Source: Paraspadella gotoi | Lineage: Eukaryota > Animalia > Chaetognatha | Length of the DNA: 64,000 nt | Assembly: GCA_051294375.1 (NCBI GenBank) | Contig: CM119264.1 | Location: 17,248,278-17,312,277, forward strand | Direction of reading: 5' to 3' | In this document: positions 29,000 through 42,636 of the stretch, in pieces | How the letters are laid out: each line of letters opens with the position of its first letter | Numbering within the stretch: the first letter of the stretch is position 1 | The notes under the pieces: generated by a model | Told to the model about the DNA's origin: nothing | What the model saw: only the letters and a program-made list of their open reading frames with translations | Database searches by the model: none | Translations under genes and position numbers: made by a program

Positions 29000-29022
29000 T
29001 CTACGATAAGAGAAGTAGCCAT
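29000..29022 (-). CDS. Sp6-9: Sp6-9 proximal alternative first micro-exon (MATSLIV-E)
   Basis: Minus strand reads ataaga ATG GCT ACT TCT CTT ATC GTA GA|GTGAGT: the same MATSL motif with a strong donor, but 23 nt long (phase 2), one base short of frame with the Sp-box exon. Confidence 0.55.
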
Positions 29023-29859
29023 TCTTATGCTACAATAAAAGTTTAATCCTTGTGGTGACGTGGAGAAGGACGGGGAGAGACGTAAGAGTTGTAATTTCAA
29101 CAAAATTACAAAAAAAATTTTCAATGTCTGTTTAAATACTTTAATTCTTATCCAGTGTCTCCCTCTCTCTCTCTCTCTCTCTCTCCTCTCTCCTCTCTCT
29201 CTCTCTCTCTCTCTCCCTCTCTCCTCTCTCTCTCTCTTCCACCTCGCGATCTCTTCTCCTTCGGAGGTGGATTTCGAAGAGGGTGTTATGTGACGCGGAG
29301 GCGGAACCTGGGCAGGGCCGTGGGCCGGAGGGGGTGGGTCCCCGTTGGGTGTGCCGGGATGGGCAGGAATGGGCAGGACCATGAGTTGCGATGAGAGACG
29401 AGACCTCGCGCTGAATGGAGGGAAACACGTTGGGCGGAAACGGGCGGGAACGAGGGACGGGCTGGGTGGATGAGGCGTCCGATTGCGGACACGAGGAGAG
29501 TGAAAAAATAACTGGGAAAGTTAAGGTGAGTTGAGGAAAGGTGAGAAGAGTCGCTGTATTGGGAAATCGAGGCACGAATGAAACGAGTTGGGTTACAGAG
29601 CAATGATAAGTTTGGAGGTCGATTAATTAGGAAGTAAATGTACTTTTTTATTAGTGCAGTAAGTGTCTTCAGCTTATGGAAATTTAGATTTTTAACTCTA
29701 AAAAAAAACTAATGTGAGAATTTTTTTTCATAACTGAGTAGAAACAAACAAAGCGTGAAACGAAAAGAAAGCAAAAGAGACGTCGGTGGTGAGAAAATAA
29801 ATGGACAGATTTGGAGGCGGGGGAAACAGCGAGAGAGAGAGGAGAGAGCTGAGAGAGAG

Positions 29860-29938
<79 letters not shown>

Positions 29939-32321
29939 GAGAAAAGAGAGAGAGAGATGAGAGAGGAGAAGATAGCGGGCGGGAAAGATGGAGGTTACTA
30001 AAGGCGGTGGAGAAATACAACTCGGAAGATTCGCAGAATTAAAGGGCCTGCGAAAGGAAAAGGATGAAAAATAACAGAGAAAGAGGTAAGAGGGGGAAGA
30101 GAGAAAGAGAAGACTTTACAAATCAATGAAATTGAAGTTTGAAAAGAGTGTGAAACCGAAATATACTTCGATCGTTCGTGAGGGACACAAAGAAAAAAAC
30201 GAAGAAAGCTGAGAGATTAGAGAGAGAGAGAGAGAGAGAGATGAGAGAAGAGATGAAGGAAGAAGAGAGAGAGAGATGAGAGAGAGAGGGAGAGACGACA
30301 TAGGAGAGAGACAGATGAGAGAGACCAGAGAGAGAGCTGCTGAATGGCGCGATGCGGGCCTCGTCCTTGGCAGCCGAGGGTGAAGAATGGAAAAGAGGGC
30401 GTGTCTGTATTGGACGAGGAAGAGGAAGAGCAGGGAAGGAGGGTGAGGAAAAGGAGGAGGAGGGAAATAAGAGGGAGAGGCTGGGGGGGGGGAGGATTGA
30501 CGAGAAAGAGGGCGTGGTCGATTCAGGACGCGAGAAGAAGTTACCATAGAGACCAAAGCAGAAGAACGTGAGCTGAGAAAAGAAGAAGGAGATCAAGAAG
30601 GGAAGAAAAAAAGAAAGGAAACCGATATAAAAGAAGGGACGATAAAGGAAGGAGGAAAAGAGGACGAAGGAGAATGAAGGGGGAAAAAAAAGAAATAAAA
30701 GTAGAAAAAAAAAGAGCAACAGACGAGCGAGGAGACACCTGGTTCCCGAGAAAAGAAAAATGATTCTCGGTTCTTTAAGGGAAAAAAAGGCAGAAAAAGT
30801 AGGATGATAGAACAGAGGGAAAAAATGGAGGGGATAATTCATGGTGATCGGAAGCTAAAACGTGATTAAAATGAACTTAGCTTTACTGTGATGATGAATG
30901 ATGATTGGAGCTAAAACTTGAGTTCAGTAAATTTAGATTAGGATTAATGATTGTTGGTTAACAATAGCCGTTGATGAAGAATGATCGAACTTAAGAATTG
31001 TCCTTGTTTTTTTGATAAAAGACATTCTAGGAAAAACTTTGGAGTTTTCGTCCGAGACAATTACATACTGTTGGAATGAGAGGTGCTAAGGTTTTCACGA
31101 CAGATTTTATTTCAATTGAACGACGCAATCATCATTTAAAGAACAAAGTTTTCAAAGAAGCGAATGTAACGCTGACGCTGCGTGCCGTCGAGGTACGACG
31201 GTGACGCTGGTTTAGATTCGGAGAAGGCGTCGGCGTCGATGCCACGCCCAAAAGACGACAGTAACGCCTCCCGCGGCTATTTATCAAACTATTTGAGAAA
31301 CGCGGGGAATGTCTTTCGGGGGAACGAATCCGAGGGAGTAGATGCGTCTGGGACAGGGAAAGGGAAGTGGGTAAGGGGAATGATCGACGAAGACAACAAA
31401 ATATAATGTGAGGGAAAATTCACAAGAAATCACGTGAAAAAGAAGAGAGAAACTCACTCACAAAATGTAGACGAATCCACGCACACAATTTTTCAAAAAA
31501 TCTATTCCAAAATCTGTTAAATTTAAACTCGAAACATCTTCTCCCCCCCGTGGAGCTCTCGACAAACACGAGGGGATGAGAGAAGTGGGGAACATCGTCG
31601 CAAGAACTTGTTTGTTTAGCACCATCATGCTAATAGAAGCGTCGGGCTGCGACGACGACGACGACGACGACGACGACCGAAGATGATGAAGAGCCCAACA
31701 AAAAAAACTGAATTATGCAATGAACGTCATGAGGCAAGGGCCAACACGAGCCTTCGATAACGACGATGATGAGGGGAGTAAACATCCAAGGTAAACAAGG
31801 AAAATAAACAACAATGGCGTCGTAATTTTGGCTCTTCGGGAGAACGTTAAAGTTAATAAGGGGGGGACGGGGGGGGGAAGAGTTAATCCGGCGACAGAAG
31901 GGGATCGAAAATATCGCGTTTGAAGTGGGTCTTCATGAGGGTCGCTTGCGAGGAACGTAACGATTTGCTCAAATTGGATTTTGGGTTATTTAATTTTTCT
32001 TGTTCGTGATTTTCTGTTAAAGTTCTCATTCTCTTTCTATGCTTTCCCTATTTATGTCCCGCCTTACTCATCCCCTTCTTTTCGCGACTCGCTATTTCTT
32101 TCCCTCGCTCCATTTTTCCTTCTCTCTTTCTCTCTTACTCTTCTCACACGCAATCGCATTGCATCTCCCCCAATCACCATCTCCCCTCTTACCCTCTCTC
32201 TTTCTCCTGCTTAGCAACTTGGTTTGTTTGCATTGACAACATATTATCACACTCGAACAAATATTGACTCAAAAAAAAAAAAACCCTTTTCTCGGCTCCG
32301 CTGTTCCGTGGGTGAAAGATA

Positions 32322-32388
32322 CCAATCACAGACGCGATTTCGCTGTCGACCAATCAGCGACGAGAAATTTCGATCGTTTCTCCAATCA
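32322..32388. promoter_or_regulatory. Triple CCAAT-box (NF-Y-type) cluster
   Basis: CCAATCA at 32322, 32350 and 32382 (spacing 28 and 32 bp), ~3.3 kb upstream of the proximal micro-exon. Confidence 0.45.
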
Positions 32389-32443
32389 GTGAAGAGGATA
32401 ACCCAAACCCGCGGGAAGGCGAAAAAGTAGAGCGAGATGGAGA

Positions 32444-32508
<65 letters not shown>

Positions 32509-33470
32509 GAAAAACTCATACATCAATTTCATATTCGCTTTTCCTCGCTACATTGGAGCGTCGGAGGGGAAAAAAGAGTGGGAAGAGAAGGTGGATGAGG
32601 AAGAAAGTAAGAAAATGAAAAGGAGAGAAGAAGATGGAAAGATGGATTTAGTCAACCCGGATGTAAGAGGAGGTATCTTTCGTCACGGGTTAAAATTAAA
32701 GGAACAAGTAAGACGTAAATATTAAATTATTAAAATAAAAGATAAAATCAAAATAAAGTAATTGAACTGTATTGTATATATATCAATGTTTTTGGATGAC
32801 AAGACATGACAAGGAGTACAAGAAAAATATTCGGTTATCAAGATCGAAATCAAAATTATAAAAATATATAGTGAAATTTATTAAATTCTTACTTTTATTT
32901 TAAAATTTAAATATAAAATTTATTAAAATTTTTTTAAATTCTTACATTTATTTTAAAATTTTCATATAAAATTTTAAAGTCTAATTTAGTAAAACAAGTC
33001 ATCTTGCAATTTTTCATACATATATTTCTACAAATGAGAAAGATAAAGAACTGAAGAAAGACATAAATATAAGATTTTAGTAGTAGACAATCCCGAACAA
33101 TGACCCCCATAAGATATATTTTTTAATTATCCTTGTCGACACTGCAGTTGACTTGATCGTCTTCATTGTCATCGACATCGTTGACGGCAGCGACAGCGGC
33201 AGCGGCAGCCGCGACGAATGCGGCAGCAACGACGGCAGCAGCGGCGATCTCGCTTCGCCCCCGGCAGCCTCATCAAGACTCCTTAACAAAACAGTCAATT
33301 ACGCCTTGGGCTCGTCCTTCCAGGTAGAGGGACGACGAAAAGGCAGGATCCTTAAGCAGCCAACCCGAGGAAGAGGCTGGATCCAAAGCGACCAGCCTTT
33401 CTTTGCCCCGAATTAATCAATGGAAAAACAAACACGAACTAATCAACGCCGATGATTCTGAAACTGGCTC

Positions 33471-33569
<99 letters not shown>

Positions 33570-33984
33570 AGGAAGACACACACACACAAAAAATGACGAT
33601 ATTCCATTCTCTTTTACGTTTATGATGCACATGAAAAAAAAAAGGAACCTTAGAACAAAAAAAAATATTTCTTTGCGCCATCACCATGTACATATTTTTC
33701 TCCTCCCCTATTTTCAGTGTTCGACCAAAAAGGAGAGGAGGCAATGAAATTCCTTCGTAACGGGAGACATTATCCTTTCTTTTTCCTCTTTTTTCTTGTT
33801 TCTCCCTTTTGCGTCGGCGCCTTTCTTGTGTTTCGAGGTTCAAATCCTCTTATGTCTTTCGTCGTCGTCGTCGTCGTCGTCGTCGTCCTTTGTCGTTTGT
33901 TTTTTCAGTTACAGTTGACTGGAGCGTTTCCTGTGTGTGTTATAACAAGCGGATTATCCCTCCTTCAAAAGCGAGCTTTTCGAA

Positions 33985-34026
<42 letters not shown>
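33985..34026. repeat. (GAC)n microsatellite
   Basis: Perfect trinucleotide run; many other GAC/GTC runs occur across the window. Confidence 0.9.
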
Positions 34027-34737
34027 TTTGACGTCGAAGACGCTGACAACGATAGGTTGTGAAGTGATTTACTTAAAGTAGAATTTCTAGCGGGGCTGGG
34101 AAGGTCGCCGATTATGATACCCGATTTAAAAATAAGCGCGCTAAGATTTTTCGGTTCTATGAAAATTCAGTAAAAATATTTGGTTCACGTTTGAGTTTAA
34201 AGGTAAATTCAAATAGTTTAAATTATAATGTAAAATGATTAAATATTACTTAACTTTCGCCAATGTTCAAAATGTTTAAACAACGAAAAAAATTGAAGTA
34301 TAATAAAGACTTTTTAGTCTGTCTCCTAAAATTATTTTATAAACTTTCCTTGCATGAGCGTAGTGCAATGCTTCTGATTCTGAAATGTCGTTATCAAAAA
34401 CTCCGCAACTTCGCGTTGAGGAATTTCATTCAAACAAAACTAAATCATGACGTAACATCGTTAGAGAGAAAAAAAGAAACGCCGACAACGAAAACGACGA
34501 CGCTAACGACCTCGCCCGTGATACGCGAAACATATGATAATGACGCCGCGCCTGTCTTCCGGCGCCTCTTTCCGGCGCCCCTTTCCGGCCTCGATCCGGC
34601 GCTTGAGTGAACGGCGCCGGTTTTTTCCCTGTTTCCTCGGCTTGACCTCCGACCTCGGCGTCAGCGTTCTGACCTTCGCTTCGCTCTCAGTCTAAATCTG
34701 GCGCGCGAGAAAAAAAGGCATCTCGGAGAGAGAGAAG

Positions 34738-34803
<66 letters not shown>

Positions 34804-35623
34804 GAGGGAGTGATGCAAAACTGAGAAGCGTTGACCCGAGATGGAAGATGGAAAAGAGGCCAGGGAAAAGCAGTAAAGGGGGGGGGTTCTGGGACTGGGA
34901 GATTGATCGAGATTGCTTGCGTGGATCGTGAAAGTTTTCAATGGGCATCTAGGGTCGGTCGCGTCAGAGGAAAGAATCCCCGAATTTAAAAACATTACAT
35001 TTTAGCTTAATGTTTTCTGCATTTTAGGTGAGAACGGGATTGTCTACATCGAGAGAATTTGCTAATTTGAAAACATATATGTTTTTAAATGGTATTTCGT
35101 GACTGAGTTAGAGAGTTATATTCAAAATAGATACTAATGATCCTTCTATGGAATCTCTTTTTCAGCTCATTACAAGCATTCGTCTGCTGCCGTTTCAAGC
35201 AAACTTACCAAGCTAAAACTTACTTCACAGTTTTTTCGTTTGACTACGTCTTGCTTTCGTCGCTTCCTGAAGGCGCTTCACTCCAGCGAGACGAAAGGCA
35301 TTCGCCGACTTTTCCAACCATCCGCTCCCCTTCCTCCAACGTCTCCATCCCTTTCGTGACCACGACCGCCCTCTTCAGCTTTCGCCCTCCCTCCCTCCCC
35401 CCCTGCGCGACCGCCCCGGTAGCCAACGCCCCCTTTCGGCGCAAAAAGCGGCTCAATTGCCTTCGTCTGGTTAATATGCATGACATTAGCCGTTATGGCA
35501 AGGATGGGGCTGGACTCTGGCCGCGTGCGATTTCGAGGCGAGAGGGGGGGAGCGCGTGCGAAATTCGTGTGCGAAGTTGGTGGGGGAGAAGGAAGGAGAG
35601 GCACGAGAGAGAGAGAGAGGAGA

Positions 35624-35707
<84 letters not shown>

Positions 35708-35845
35708 GAAAGAAAGATAAAACTTTGGCCTGACGGGAAACTGTTGGATAGCGGGTAGTCAAAAGTAATAATCTAATATCATGGAGAGTATTTTCAAAGT
35801 CCAATAAAAAAAGAAAAGGGCGATGTAGGAGATACAGAGAGAGAG

Positions 35846-35895
<50 letters not shown>

Positions 35896-37481
35896 CTCTC
35901 TCACTCTTTGGATCTTCGCATGGTCACCGATTGGAACGTGACTTCGATGAGGGGCGAAGGTACTAGACGAGACCTGACTAATCGTCAGCCTCACTTTACC
36001 GATCACTAACTAGAAAGAGAAGAGCGAAGAGGGCGATGACCAGACCGACCAGCGATCGGATTCCTTCTCGCAAAAATATCATCTACGCGACGACGAAAGC
36101 GACGAAGATGATGAGAGAAAAGGAAAAGAAAAATCTTTCGGTCGAAGAAAATTGGATGGAGAAATGAATTAGGAAGCGAGGTGGTCAGCGATAAAGAGAG
36201 AAGGAAGAGAAGGCGGGGGAGGGAAAGAGGGAGGGGTGGAGAAGAGGGAGGAAAGGGAGGAAAGGAGGAGGAAAGAAGGCGGGATCTCCTCCTCGAGTCA
36301 AAACCCCCGTCAGATTTTCTGGTCGACTCTCACCGAGTGGGCGGGGGAAGAAATGTAAGGGGAAGAGGGAAGATAAGTGAGACGGGGGCGACGGGCGATG
36401 TGAGGACGAGAAGAAGAAAAAGGGATGAAGTAAAAAAAAAAAGGAAATACGCGAGTTGAGCTGAAGAATTATAAAGGAAAGAAAGGAAAGTGACGAGAAG
36501 AAAGCGGAGGAATAAACGGAGGAAGGAGACGGAAGAAGAGGAAGAGGAAGCGCGTGATTAGCGGAAGGAAGTGAGGAAGAAAAAAAAGTCGTAAAAAGAA
36601 TCAGATGGAATCGAAGAATTTGAATGCGGAAAAGGAAAAAAAAATGGAGAGGAACGGAAAGGAAGAAAAAAAAAGGAAAGAAATGAGAAAAAGAAAAGAA
36701 GAGAAACGATGAATAAAGGGGGAAAAAGAAAAAAAAAAAAAAATTAGCGGCCAACGGAAAAAAGAAAAAGTGGGAATGAATCCTTAGAAACTCGGGAAGG
36801 GTTCAGCGAGAAAAATAGATTTTATTCAATATTTTTTTCTCTTTTTATTCTTTTGTTGTCGTCGATACTTCGTTTAAAACGACGATTACAACGAAGTAAA
36901 TAACGAACTAAAACTCTTTATTTTTATTACAATGCAAGATACTTAATTCCACGTAAAACATTTTTTTTTAAGTTTTGGATTGAAATAACCTCCACTACGT
37001 AACGTCTTCTCGCGCATAATAAACTCAGCAAAAGGGAACTTTCTCTCCTCTTAACGAAGACGGGAACATCTGCCCGACGAGAGTAACGAGTTTTTTTCCG
37101 GATTCTTCAACCTCCCCCCCCCCTCCAACGCCCCCCATATATTTTTTTTCCTCCTCCTATTTATCCCTTTTTTTTCCCCGGCCTTATATGAGAATATGGT
37201 CATTATGCAGATCAGAGGAATCGTTCGAAAACCGTTATGGACGGCGCTACTCGGAGGACGGCGCCTTTGCCCAGTGCGAGACGACGACGACGACCGCGAC
37301 GAGGATGAAGATGATGATTAGAAGATGAAGATGACGACGATAATGATGTTGAGAATGCTGCTGTTGCTGATGAGGACGATGATGTAAAAATATATCAATC
37401 GCTTGCCTCCATGACAACGGGCCTCTTCCCTAAGTCCCTTCCACCCCTTCGCTTTGTCAGATGGAACCGCAATGTTTGACC

Positions 37482-37525
<44 letters not shown>

Positions 37526-37652
37526 TCTCGTTGATCCTTCTGGTTATTGTGGTCATCATCGCTTCTTTCCGTCATAATAATCCCTCTTCTCCCTAAAATA
37601 TGGGACGCTTAATCTCTCTTTTCTCTCTCTCGCTCTCTCTTCTCTTCTCTCT

Positions 37653-37690
<38 letters not shown>

Positions 37691-38323
37691 GCTCGGAAAT
37701 TTTGACCGTTAAGTCGAGAAATCTTGGGCCTCCACGACGGGAGGGGGATGAAGGGAGGGTTATAGTGTCCTATTTTTGGTAAAGGGGGTGAACTCCGATC
37801 CGGCGAGCCTCCCTACATATACGCTTAAGTTGAAACGGCGTTCTTCTTTTTCGGGGGAGGCGGGAGGGGGGGGGAGAAACGTCCCGTCCCTCTTTCCTTG
37901 GCCCGTCGGTTTGTCGGGCGGTCGGCTTGTCGGGCTGTCGGTAAGTCGTTTTCGTCCCCGCAGCCGTAGACCGATGGACCGAAATGAGTTTCGGCTTTGA
38001 CCCTCGCGGTCGCCTTAGATACGAGGAGCGTCGCTGCCTCCGTGACGACGACGACGACGACGACGACGGTGACTACGACGACGAGGACGACGACAAAGAC
38101 GACGACACGATTTTATTTTTGAACGTCAAATCTGATTGGCTGTACGGAAAATAATTTAAGATAACCAATTTCGCCCACGATAATTTTTATAATTCACGAA
38201 ATAAAATAAAATGTTTTTATTTTAAATTGGTTAAATTTGTTGGTTTTATTTTGTTATGAGTCATTCTTTTTATCAATAAATCTTCTTGACAAAATATAAT
38301 AATGTAATAATATAATAATAATA

Positions 38324-38540
38324 ATGAAATTGGTACAACCAATATAAAAATTATCCATTCAATTAATAAATAAGCTATCTTGCCCCTGACTTTGGACAGG
38401 CTTTGGTGGTTTAAGGCCTCCATCACTCTTACAAGATAATGACTTAGTAGGAAATATAATAATATAATGCTTTTACACTGATGATGAATAGAAATACTAT
38501 TCGAAACATGTCTGTAACAATATTAATAAAAAAAAATCGT
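38324..38540 (+). mobile_element. Probable Penelope-like element terminal-repeat fragment carrying the hammerhead
   Basis: 38324-38429 recurs inverted at 63105-63210. The hammerhead follows, then AATAAA and an A-run. Confidence 0.5.
38473..38517 (+). ncRNA. Minimal type I hammerhead ribozyme (Penelope-like element type)
   Basis: Layout TTACA-CTGATGA-T-GAATAG(AAATA)CTATTC-GAAAC-AT-GTC-TGTAA. Stem I is TTACA/TGTAA, stem II has 6 bp, the CUGAUGA and GAAA core is intact, stem III is the palindrome ACATGT, and the cleavage triplet is GUC (cut after 38512). Confidence 0.8.
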
Positions 38541-38911
38541 GAAAAAAAAACTTTTCTCTTATTAAATTCAACCAACGAAAAGAAAGGAAAACAACAATAA
38601 CAATTTGGATAAGTTTAAACGAAAACTACAGTAAAAATAGCAACGTGCGTCTCACTCGCTCTCCCACCGGCTCAATCTGGGGGTCAATCCAAAGGGGCCG
38701 ATCCTCGTGGGGCGATGATGAGGATCCGATGGAGAGGTCGTTCCGGGGGGGCCGCCGGGGCTGTCCGGAGCCGCGAGGGGGCAGGATCGGCCCGAGTAGG
38801 AAACAACTCTGTCGGGCGAAAATCCTTGTCGGATTTTCCATTGATCAATGATCATGTTCTCTCCTCAACGCCGCCCGTTGAGTTAGAGAGAGTTAATTGA
38901 GAGGGTAAGTT

Positions 38912-39041
<130 letters not shown>

Positions 39042-39876
39042 TCAGGTATCGAGAGGGGTTTGACCCGAAAAAAGAAAGAAATCCCCCAAAGAAGATGATG
39101 TGGCCAAACCATGGAAGAACAATGAAAAGACGACGACGACGACGACGACCACGACGTCGTTGATGAGCTGCGAAAACAAAGGCCAAACAAAAAATCTCAA
39201 GGGTCAACCAGTCCTTTTGCCAAAGGTCATTCTTCCATGTATGTCGACGTTAGCCACTTTCACTGAGAAAGAGAGAGAGATAAGAGACGGCGGCACTTTT
39301 AACGAGAAGAATCTGTCTCTCATCTCGCGCGGAGATTCGGACGGCGATGGAAGATGGCGAAGATGAGTACAATGATGCGTAGATGATTACGTTGATGCGT
39401 TCACGTGAAGGCGGTGATCGTAATGAGAGGATGATGAATCTAAAAACGAACGGTGAAGAATAATTGTGAAAATAATAATAAGATGAAAATGTAACAAGAA
39501 ATGGGAAATGTTCTTTTGTTGAAGGGCTTAAAAAATAGGAAAAAAACCATAATAATTCATTGAATATATGCGAACTTATGAACATTTGCAGTGATATACG
39601 TAAAAGTAAATTTATTTCTCGTATTTAAACTTTTAATAACATTTACTGAGCCCCCAATGCATGTTTGAAGAACATTACTTAGGATAAAAGGGCGAGGGAA
39701 AGGGACAATGCCTCAGATCCCGAAAGCAAACGGACACGTAAATCTGTCATTGCATCTGGAAGATCGATGCGATTGTCGCCAACAGAATCCAAAGTAAAGA
39801 ATGATCGGATTCTACTTTTGATGGAACCGTGGAAATCGGACGTTTCTTGGGAGTGGGAGGTAATGGTAGGTAAAAT

Positions 39877-39985
<109 letters not shown>

Positions 39986-42521
39986 TGAAGGATTTAGAGA
40001 CAGCCAAGAGAAAACCATATTTTGTTAAGCTTTAACATTAAATATAAGCCAAAGCGTTTTGTCATCCATTCCCATCGCCCCTGTCAGCCCACGTCACCCC
40101 CATCGCCTCGGACGTGCGCCGCCCCTCGTTACGGGCACCGAGAGTTTCGACGCAGAGAATTTTCGGGAAAATTCGGTAATTCGGGTCAAGTCGGATCCAG
40201 TTTCGCGTCGCCGTCGTCCCTGGAAGCAAAGCAGCGAAATCCGATCCTCATCAAGATGTATGGAGATTTTCGCGTCTCTCAAAAGGATCGTTGACGCGTT
40301 GGTTGAGCGGAGAATCTTGGATTGACGGAGAAATGCGGAGAGAAAGACCGAGGGTTTGGGGGGAGAATGTAAAGGGGTTGGGGGGGACAATGTAAAGGGG
40401 TTTAGGGGGTAGAATGTAATGGGATTTGTTAGAATGGAGGTGACAAGGTGGTGTGGCGGAAAGGGCTTAAGGCGGAAGAAACAGTTTTCGGTTTGAAGAG
40501 AGACGTCTTCGAAGCTCATGTTAAATGCTATTTCAATGCGGATGCTGTAGAGTATTAAAAAAAAATGGTAACAGAGGCAATTGGATGGATGAGGAAAGTT
40601 GAGAAACGGATGCTATAGCTCATTAAAAGAGATAGATATCCCATAGTTTCGGTGGACGAAAAATAAAACTGTCTTTTGTTTTGCTCGAGTTCGGCGGCGA
40701 CAGACGCTGGAAGGACTTCAACGCCGAAGTTTGCCAAGAAACAGCCGCCACTATATTGAGACTTTTTATCTATTTTCTTTATCCCATTCGTGTAACAAAC
40801 AAAAAGTCTTAAGGCTCGAAATCCACGAAAAAACATACAAATTATATTAATACTGTTTACATTTTTCGGAACAATATCTGTATCTGTATCTGTCTCAAGA
40901 GAAAGAGATAGCAAAAAAGGGAAAAAGGAGAGAGAGAGAGANNNNNNNNNNNNNNNNNNNNNNNNNNNNNNNNNNNNNNNNNNNNNNNNNNNNNNNNNNN
41001 NNNNNNNNNNNNNNNNNNNNNNNNNNNNNNNNNNNNNNNNNNNNNNNNNNNNNNNNNNNNNNNNNNNNNNNNNNNNNNNNNNNNNNNNNNNNNNNNNNNN
41101 NNNNNNNNNNNNNNNNNNNNNNNNNNNNNNNNNNNNNNNNNNNNNNNNNNNNNNNNNNNNNNNNNNNNNNNNNNNNNNNNNNNTTTTTTTTTTTTTTTTG
41201 TGTCACACGATTGAGCGATTCCAAGAGGCGTGCCCTCTCTTCGGCCGATCCCAAATGTTGTTATTTTGTTATTTTTGACGATTCTTCCATCCTTTTTTGA
41301 CGGAGATCCAACCCTTTCTTGGTCCTATCTCTCTCTCCCTCATTCTCTTTTTCTCTTTCATGGTGGCGGCATAATCTGCAATAGATTTTCCTTTTTTTTT
41401 TNNNNNNNNNNNNNNNNNNNNNNNNNNNNNNNNNNNNNNNNNNNNNNNNNNNNNNNNNNNNNNNNNNNNNNNNNNNNNNNNNNNNNNNNNNNNNNNNNNN
41501 NNNNNNNNNNNNNNNNNNNNNNNNNNNNNNNNNNNNNNNNNNNNNNNNNNNNNNNNNNNNNGGGGGGGGGAAGAGAGGCAGGGTCGGGCAGAGGGAGTCG
41601 GTCAAAGGGAGGGGAACTACTTTCTCCTGAATCTCGGGAATTTTCCGAGGCTCATCCATTACCTTCAGAATTTGATGAATAAGGCGACCAGACTTACCCT
41701 TTGATGAAGAATAGGTGGGGGCAGGAGGGAACGAGAAAATGGACTATGGAGGTTAGGAGAGTGGGAGACGGAAAAAGATGGAAACAGGGATTCCAGATAA
41801 TCGTATTATTACTAATGTTGCTCTTTTATATTTATTGTTTAACGTTTAATTACAGGAAAACTTCTATTAGGAAAAAATAAAGAAGGACAAAGTTTTTACA
41901 ACTTAGATGAAGAAAAACATTTGTCTTCTTTATGCTAAAATACAGATGCTTCAACTTATATATAATCTTTAAAAACATTTATGTAAGTGTAAAACAGTTA
42001 ATAAAAATACATAATTAAATGAAATATAAAATAAGATAAACATACTTCTTTTGATAAGAAACTTCAGTTTTTGTTTTCTTTTCTATTTGTTTTCTATCGA
42101 AGATGATGTTCAGTTCTTAACTAATTTAAAAATATTGATCTCTGATTATGCGCCATTAAAATTCCTTTGAACTTTTCCTCCAGTTCATTTTCCACTTTAA
42201 TCTTTTCCTTACCCATTCCGTCCTCACCCAGCGGGAAATCTAATTAAACCTTTTTTGGGGGCTTTTTCGAATTCTCAGTTTTTTCAATTCGCTGTTTAAA
42301 TTTCTCTCCCCCTCTTTTCTCTCGATCTCGCCTAATTCTCCAATCTCCGCTTCTCCTTTCTTCTCTCCATCCTTCTCTCCCTTTTTACAGTTGACATTCA
42401 TGATGCGATGATATCAAGCAGCCAAAGAGTTTTATTATAAAGCGTTCTGTCGATCAAATCCGACAGAAAACAAGAAAACTCATCATCGATTGACTTCGGG
42501 CGATGTGGGGGCTGGCAGGCT

Positions 42522-42636
<115 letters not shown>

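Noticed and set aside
29023-29382. In-frame upstream extension of the proximal micro-exon (128-aa ORF)
   Set aside because: It runs through a GA microsatellite, and homology starts only at MATSL.
33148-33323. GCA/GCG-rich exon-like segment on the plus strand
   Set aside because: The Ala-rich frame is preceded by an in-frame stop with no acceptor, the donor is weak, and no homology was recognised.
33859-34026. (GTC)n and (GAC)n pair able to form a hairpin
   Set aside because: Expected by chance given the density of these repeats in both orientations.
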